Assembly (NCBI RefSeq): GCF_014280175.1
Contig: NZ_CP047931.1
Location: forward strand, 2,220,001-2,252,000
From: Synechococcus sp. A15-28
GTDB taxonomy: Bacteria > Cyanobacteriota > Cyanobacteriia > PCC-6307 > Cyanobiaceae
Direction of reading: 5' to 3'
Length of the DNA stretch: 32,000 nt
The first letter of the stretch is position 1. Every line of letters starts with the position of its first letter. The notes under the pieces are model-generated. The model worked only from the letters and a program-made list of their open reading frames with translations. It made no database searches and had not been told where the DNA came from. Below are positions 28,567 to 32,000 of the stretch, piece after piece. A program made the translations under genes and the position numbers.

Positions 28567-28869
28567 ATGGCTAGTACCGGCAGTGTCAGTTCCTGGGACG
28601 AGTCTGTGCTCGTCGCAATGATTCAATATCCCGTGCCTGTGATCACAGGTCCAGCCGATATCCAGACACAAGTCGACCAGATTTGCAAAGCCGTAGCGTC
28701 AACAAAAGCTGGATATCCGGAAGCAGACATAATTGTGATGCCTGAGTACTCAACTCAAGGTTTAAACACAGCCATTTGGACCTATGCCACAGAACGGAGT
28801 GACAAATTCGATCCCAGCAACAGCAACAGCCTGACAAAGTTTGCTGCCGCAAGTTTGCTCTCTGTATGA
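28567..28869 (+). pseudogene. amiF: 5' fragment of an AmiF-type formamidase / aliphatic amidase (nitrilase superfamily)
   Basis: The first ~72 codons (MASTGSVSSWDESVLVAMIQYPVPVI...[25 protein letters not shown]) align from the start codon with the Helicobacter AmiF N-terminus as I recall it (MGSIGSMGKPIEGFLVAAIQFPVPIV...[25 protein letters not shown]). Similarity is lost near 28785 and the frame stops at 28869. The Lys and Cys of the catalytic triad would be missing. Confidence 0.75.
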
Positions 28870-28884
28870 GAGCAAACTTGCGGC
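28846..28884. repeat. Perfect 17-bp inverted repeat (hairpin, 5-nt loop) at the end of the amidase fragment
   Basis: gccgcaagtttgctctc (28846-28862) / tgtat / gagagcaaacttgcggc (28868-28884). The stop codon of the truncated ORF lies in the loop/right arm. A partial direct copy (caaagtttgctgc) precedes it. Confidence 0.9.
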
Positions 28885-29043
28885 GAATTAAAGGTTTTAT
28901 TATCATATTGTAGAATTAAAAAAAGTATCACATAAAACAAAGTTTTAGTATCAAAACAGTGCAATTTTTAATTGCGTATAAAGGGCCACATCTTGGCCCC
29001 TTCATTGTGTCTTTAATAAAAGAGTGTTAGCTTCTTGCTATCA

Positions 29044-30249
29044 ATGCCCGAAACGCTTTTCAAAGTTGATCTCACCAAGTCGATGGATCAGCAGGATATG
29101 CCTGGACATAACCGTTGGCATCCAGATATTCCTGCAGTCGCATCAGTTAATCCAGGCGATGTCTTTCGAATTGAGTGCAAAGACTGGACAGATGGACAGA
29201 TTAAAGACAACGACAATCCCCAAGATATTGCTGATGTGAATCTCGAGGTTGTTCACGTTCTAAGTGGTCCAATTTGGGTCAATGGAGCTCAGCCAGGAGA
29301 TATTTTGGTTGTTGATATCCTCGAGGTAGGAGCACTTCAAGGTGATGAGTGGGGTTTTACTGGAATCTTTGCCAAAGAAAACGGTGGAGGATTTCTGACC
29401 GATCATTTTCCAAAAGCAGCAAAAGCAATCTGGGATTTGGAAGGAGTTTTTACGTCCTCTCGCCACATTCCCGGAGTTCGTTTCGCTGGCATCACCCATC
29501 CAGGCCTGATCGGTTGCGCTCCCTCCATGGATCTGCTCCAGGAATGGAACCGTCGAGAAACAGAGTTGGTTCAGACTGCACCAGACCGCAGAACCTATGG
29601 CGCAGGACTTTCTGGAACGGAACCGGTTCTGGCAGCTTTGCCGAACCCAAACAGCGCCATTCTTGGGAACGTCGCTGCTGGAGATTTTGAGAGAATTGCT
29701 AACGAAGCAGCTCGGACTGTTCCTCCACGGGAACATGGAGGAAACTGCGACATTAAAAATCTCACAAAAGGAACACGGATCTATTTCCCTGTGTACGTAG
29801 AGGGTGCAAAGCTCTCCATGGGTGACATTCACTTTTCTCAGGGTGATGGGGAAATTTCATTCTGTGGTGCTATCGAGATGTCTGGATATCTCGATCTTCA
29901 TGTTGAGCTGATCAAAGGAGGGATGGCTAAATATGGCATGGTCAATCCAATGTTCAAGACCAGTCCTGTTGAGCCTCATTACTCTGATTATCTAGTCTTT
30001 GAGGGCATCTCTGTCGATGAATTTGAAGGGAAACAATATTATATGGATGTGCATATTGCTTATCGCAGAGCCTGCCTAAATGCAATTGAATACTTGAAAA
30101 AATTTGGTTATACAGGAGAACAGGCCTATCTCTTGCTGAGCTGCGCTCCGGTTGAAGGCAGGATCAGTGGAATTGTCGACATTCCAAATGCGTGCTGCAC
30201 CCTTGCCATACCAACTTCCATATTTGACAAAGATATTCTCCCCTGCTAA
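29044..30249 (+). CDS. fmdA: Formamidase, FmdA/AmdA (acetamidase/formamidase) family
   Basis: Extensive similarity along the whole length to Methylophilus FmdA as I recall it: NRWHPD, WGF.G.FAKENGGGFLTDHFP, HPGLIGC, TVPPREHGGNCDIKNLTKG, HFSQGDGEI.FCGAIEM, HIAYR.ACLNAIEYLKKFGY.GEQA. Confidence 0.92.
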   Translation: MPETLFKVDLTKSMDQQDMPGHNRWHPDIPAVASVNPGDVFRIECKDWTDGQIKDNDNPQDIADVNLEVVHVLSGPIWVNGAQPGDILVVDILEVGALQGDEWGFTGIFAKENGGGFLTDHFPKAAKAIWDLEGVFTSSRHIPGVRFAGITHPGLIGCAPSMDLLQEWNRRETELVQTAPDRRTYGAGLSGTEPVLAALPNPNSAILGNVAAGDFERIANEAARTVPPREHGGNCDIKNLTKGTRIYFPVYVEGAKLSMGDIHFSQGDGEISFCGAIEMSGYLDLHVELIKGGMAKYGMVNPMFKTSPVEPHYSDYLVFEGISVDEFEGKQYYMDVHIAYRRACLNAIEYLKKFGYTGEQAYLLLSCAPVEGRISGIVDIPNACCTLAIPTSIFDKDILPC

Positions 30250-30283
30250 GCACTTACTTCTACCATTATTTATCGATTTTCAC

Positions 30284-30568
30284 ATGCCAGTCTACGAATA
30301 TTCCTGCCAATCTAGTGAATGCCTCACCTATGAAGTATGGCGATCAATTGATCAACGTTCTGTTCAAACAGAATGCCCTACTTGTGGAAGAGAAGGCAAG
30401 AGGATTTTCAATCCACCCATGGTGTTATCCTCATCTATTCGCTCGAAAATCGAAGTTAAGGAACCAAAACTTGTGAGCAAAAAAAATTCAATATATGCGA
30501 CTGAGCCTTCAAAGCCTCGATTACGCACAAACGATTCACGTCCTTGGATGTTGAATCGAGGTTGCTAA
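30284..30568 (+). CDS. fmdB: FmdB-family zinc-ribbon putative regulatory protein
   Basis: MPVYEY.C......YEVW........CP.CG pattern of the FmdB/CxxC_CxxC_SSSS family, located directly downstream of fmdA. The first Cys pair is spaced C-x4-C rather than CxxC. Confidence 0.75.
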   Translation: MPVYEYSCQSSECLTYEVWRSIDQRSVQTECPTCGREGKRIFNPPMVLSSSIRSKIEVKEPKLVSKKNSIYATEPSKPRLRTNDSRPWMLNRGC

Positions 30569-30590
30569 GAAAAGACTATCAAAATTAAAA

Positions 30591-30624
30591 AAATGGGGTG
30601 TGATTAAAAAATCACACCCCATTT
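30591..30624. terminator. Bidirectional rho-independent terminator between convergent fmdB and urtE
   Basis: 15-bp perfect stem aaatggggtgtgatt / aatcacaccccattt with a 4-nt loop, flanked by an A-tract upstream and a T-tract downstream. Confidence 0.75.
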
Positions 30625-30633
30625 TTATTCTGA

Positions 30634-31380
30634 TTAAACTGTCAGGAATTCTTCAATCACATGATCTGATAATTGTGAGGTTGGACCACTCGATACAATA
30701 CCACCTCGTTGCATCGCATAATAGAAATTAGACTGCTTCACAAAATGAAGGTGTTGCTCAACCAGAAGAACACTAATGCCTGTTTCTTTAATGATCCGTT
30801 TGACAGCACGTTCAATGTCGAGAATAATCGACGGCTGGATCCCTTCGGTTGGCTCATCTAACAAAAGAAGCTTGGGCTTGCCAAGAAGTGCACGTGCAAT
30901 CGCAAGTTGTTGCTGCTGACCTCCACTGAGGTCACCTCCACGTCGATTCAGAAACTGTTCAAGAATAGGAAACAATTCAAAAACAATGGGATCAATATGA
31001 CGATTTCGCCCCATCCCCCCAGACAATGATTCCATTCCGATCAAAAGATTCTCTCGAACTGTAATTCGAGGAATAATATCTCGGCCTTGGGAAACATAAC
31101 CAATTCCTCCCCTTGCTCGTTTATAAGGAGGCTGGTTAGTTAACATTTTTCCGTCATATTCAATCGAACCAGATCGTTGCTCGAGAAGACCAATGATCGT
31201 CTTTAGAAAGGTTGTCTTTCCCACTCCATTACGACCGATCAAACAAATCATTTCCCCCTCAGGGATATGCAGGTCAACATTTCTGAGAATGTGACTCTCG
31301 CCATAATAGACATTCAAGCCATTTGCTCGAAGAACTGTTTTTGCTGAGGTTGGATGTGTGGTGGTTGTCGTTTGTACCAT
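30634..31380 (-). CDS. urtE: Urea/short-chain-amide ABC transporter ATP-binding protein UrtE-like
   Basis: Walker A GRNGVGKTT, signature LSGGQQQQLAIARAL, Walker B LLLLDEP, and a branched-chain/urea-type ATPase layout. The downstream position in the D-E pair is typical of urtABCDE / fmdDEF-type systems. Confidence 0.8.
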   Translation of the reverse strand: MVQTTTTTHPTSAKTVLRANGLNVYYGESHILRNVDLHIPEGEMICLIGRNGVGKTTFLKTIIGLLEQRSGSIEYDGKMLTNQPPYKRARGGIGYVSQGRDIIPRITVRENLLIGMESLSGGMGRNRHIDPIVFELFPILEQFLNRRGGDLSGGQQQQLAIARALLGKPKLLLLDEPTEGIQPSIILDIERAVKRIIKETGISVLLVEQHLHFVKQSNFYYAMQRGGIVSSGPTSQLSDHVIEEFLTV

Positions 31381-31412
31381 GATCTTTAAAGGGATTAGTG
31401 AATAAAAAGATA

Positions 31413-32000
31413 CTATTCAGATTGACCGAGATAAACCTCAATCACTTTTGGATCAGACTTTACCTCATCAAGTGAACCTTCCGTCAACAACTGCCCTTGA
31501 TGCAACACAGTGACTGGTGCGGCAAGATCACGAATAAACTCCATATCATGCTCAATTACCACCACGGTATGTTCACCTGCAAGGGATTTAATCAGTTCAG
31601 CTGTTTTGTTCGTCTCGTCATCGGTCAAGCCTGCCACTGGCTCGTCCAGAAGAATGATATCTGGAGATTGAGCAACAAGCATTGAAATCGCAAGCCATTG
31701 TTTTTGGCCGTGAGACAAAGAACCGGCCAAGACCTTTGCATAAGGAGCAAGGCCCACATAATCCATCAAGCGATAGACCTCATCTTTAGCCGTGTTATTG
31801 AGTTTTTCAAACATAAGACTGAATGGCATCTTGCTCGGTGAAGCAGCCAACTCAAGATTTCTAGAGACCGAAAGATTTTCAAACACGCGAGGTGTCTGAA
31901 ACTTACGACCAACACCTAGTCTTGAAATCTTCTGTTCCGAAAAACCAATAATGCTGGAACCTCGCAGGGAGACTGAGCCTTTGGTTGGCTTAACCTTTCC
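31413..32000 (-). CDS. urtD: Urea/short-chain-amide ABC transporter ATP-binding protein UrtD-like (5' end beyond window)
   Basis: The frame is open to base 32000 (GKVKPTKGSVSLRG...GRKFQTPRVFENLSV). Signature LSHGQKQWLAISML, Walker B IILLDEP, and the C-terminal KVIEVYLG are present. Confidence 0.8.
   Translation of the reverse strand, partial: GKVKPTKGSVSLRGSSIIGFSEQKISRLGVGRKFQTPRVFENLSVSRNLELAASPSKMPFSLMFEKLNNTAKDEVYRLMDYVGLAPYAKVLAGSLSHGQKQWLAISMLVAQSPDIILLDEPVAGLTDDETNKTAELIKSLAGEHTVVVIEHDMEFIRDLAAPVTVLHQGQLLTEGSLDEVKSDPKVIEVYLGQSE

Noticed and set aside
28925-28938. GTATCACATAAAAC upstream of fmdA fits GT-N10-AC and could be an NtcA site. A related AGTATCAAAAC follows at about 28948.
   Set aside because: No -10-like hexamer lies at the canonical ~22-nt distance. 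The best candidates, TTTAAT at 28967 and TATAAA at 28977, are 28-38 nt away. In such AT-rich DNA the minimal motif is expected by chance. It remains only a weak possibility.
28981-29002. aagggccacatcttggcccctt looks like a small terminator hairpin upstream of fmdA.
   Set aside because: The stem is only about 5 bp (gggcc/ggccc), imperfect, and has no following T-run. This is not convincing.

Overview
The window reads as picocyanobacterial chromosome, most likely a marine-type Synechococcus. This is an inference from three things: the high-GC backbone, the syntenic core block mazG-speE-speB-gcvT-aspS-pyrG-queE...queC-pabB-pabC, and the presence of glucosylglycerate genes and a DUF1830 gene. Two visibly lower-GC accessory segments interrupt the backbone.

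(1) Segment about 11.95-19.07 kb lies between queE and queC. It holds two tandem paralogous genes of about 1150 aa. Each encodes a multidomain S8 (subtilisin-type) peptidase with no recognisable signal peptide. The first gene is bracketed by a duplicated queE 3' end that contains a 35-nt perfect direct repeat. It also carries near-identical in-frame 285-bp repeats.

(2) Segment about 26.5 kb to the window end at 32.0 kb is a low-GC island with nitrogen-scavenging content. It contains an intact FmdA-type formamidase plus an FmdB zinc-ribbon gene, convergent with urtE/urtD-like ABC ATPase genes. It also contains a 5' fragment of an unrelated AmiF-type formamidase, a candidate NblA-like 59-aa gene with an NtcA-like palindrome, a DUF1830 gene, a small hypothetical gene and a putative lipoprotein.

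Between the two segments sits a glucosylglycerate locus: gpgS divergent from a GH13_18 phosphorylase-like gene and gpgP. No rRNA, tRNA, CRISPR array, integrase or transposase was recognised. All homology calls come from motif recognition by eye and need database confirmation. GC statements are visual estimates.
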